A stretch of 62,196 nt of DNA, filler included, from Sphacelaria rigidula (taxonomy: Eukaryota): assembly GCA_964200075.2 (NCBI GenBank). It is 11 parts of 11 records of this genome, joined end to end, with 100 filler letters (N's around TTAATTAATTAA, not from the genome) between each part and the next. Parts side by side here need not be neighbours in the genome. Positions count along the whole stretch, not along the records: positions 56,634 to 62,196 come from CAXNAA020026305.1; 10 more parts are not named here. One strand, given 5' to 3'. The position numbers and the translations under genes were made by a program. Numbering within the stretch: position 1 is the stretch's first letter; each line of letters begins with the position of its first letter. The notes below the pieces were generated by a model. The model was not told the origin of the DNA, ran no database searches, and saw only the letters and a list, made by a program, of their open reading frames with translations. This document shows, piece after piece, positions 61,962-62,196 of the stretch.

Positions 61962-62196
61962 GTGAGGTCCGCACTACACTCGATCTAGACAAGGGGAAGG
62001 CCAGCAGTACAGGCTGGGACGCCTAAGAAGCGGACTTTCCTCCAGCCAGTTCTAACTGATGGTCTATCGCGAGTTGTGCCTACTATGACACATCGCGGTT
62101 ACCTGCAAATCAACGCGCGTCGTTCACTTCACGTAGCACTGCGATCTGACAAGTTCCCATCAAACAAAATACCAAACTGCAGTCAGCTGCGACGTG

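Overview
This window is not one locus. It is eleven unrelated draft contigs of 5564/5563 bp, sorted by size and joined by an artificial 100-bp linker (44N-TTAATTAATTAA-44N), so adjacency across linkers is meaningless. The DNA is eukaryotic, intron-rich and repeat-rich. Its style (short GT-AG exons in long introns, this repeat spectrum) suggests a brown alga; that assignment is inference. Host gene fragments: four C-terminal exons of a CLASRP-like SR protein, two exons of an EF-hand protein (one a 32-bp microexon), the last exon of a GCN5-like bromodomain protein, a diacylglycerol kinase C-terminal exon, two exons of NAD(P)H-hydrate epimerase (NAXE/YjeF_N) and an intronless PX-like ORF. Mobile DNA: a decayed Ty1/copia element, a 5'-truncated RTE/RTEX-like LINE with many 3' fragments, pogo/Fot1-like and Sola-like transposase relics, tRNA-derived SINEs, MITEs/foldbacks and tandem arrays. 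The most interesting signal is a pair of retroposon families (an autonomous LINE 'A' and a probably non-autonomous partner 'B'). They share a 3' stem-loop, end in poly(C) rather than poly(A), and repeatedly sit head-to-tail in each other's C-tails, suggesting a C/G-homopolymer-targeting retrotransposition system.
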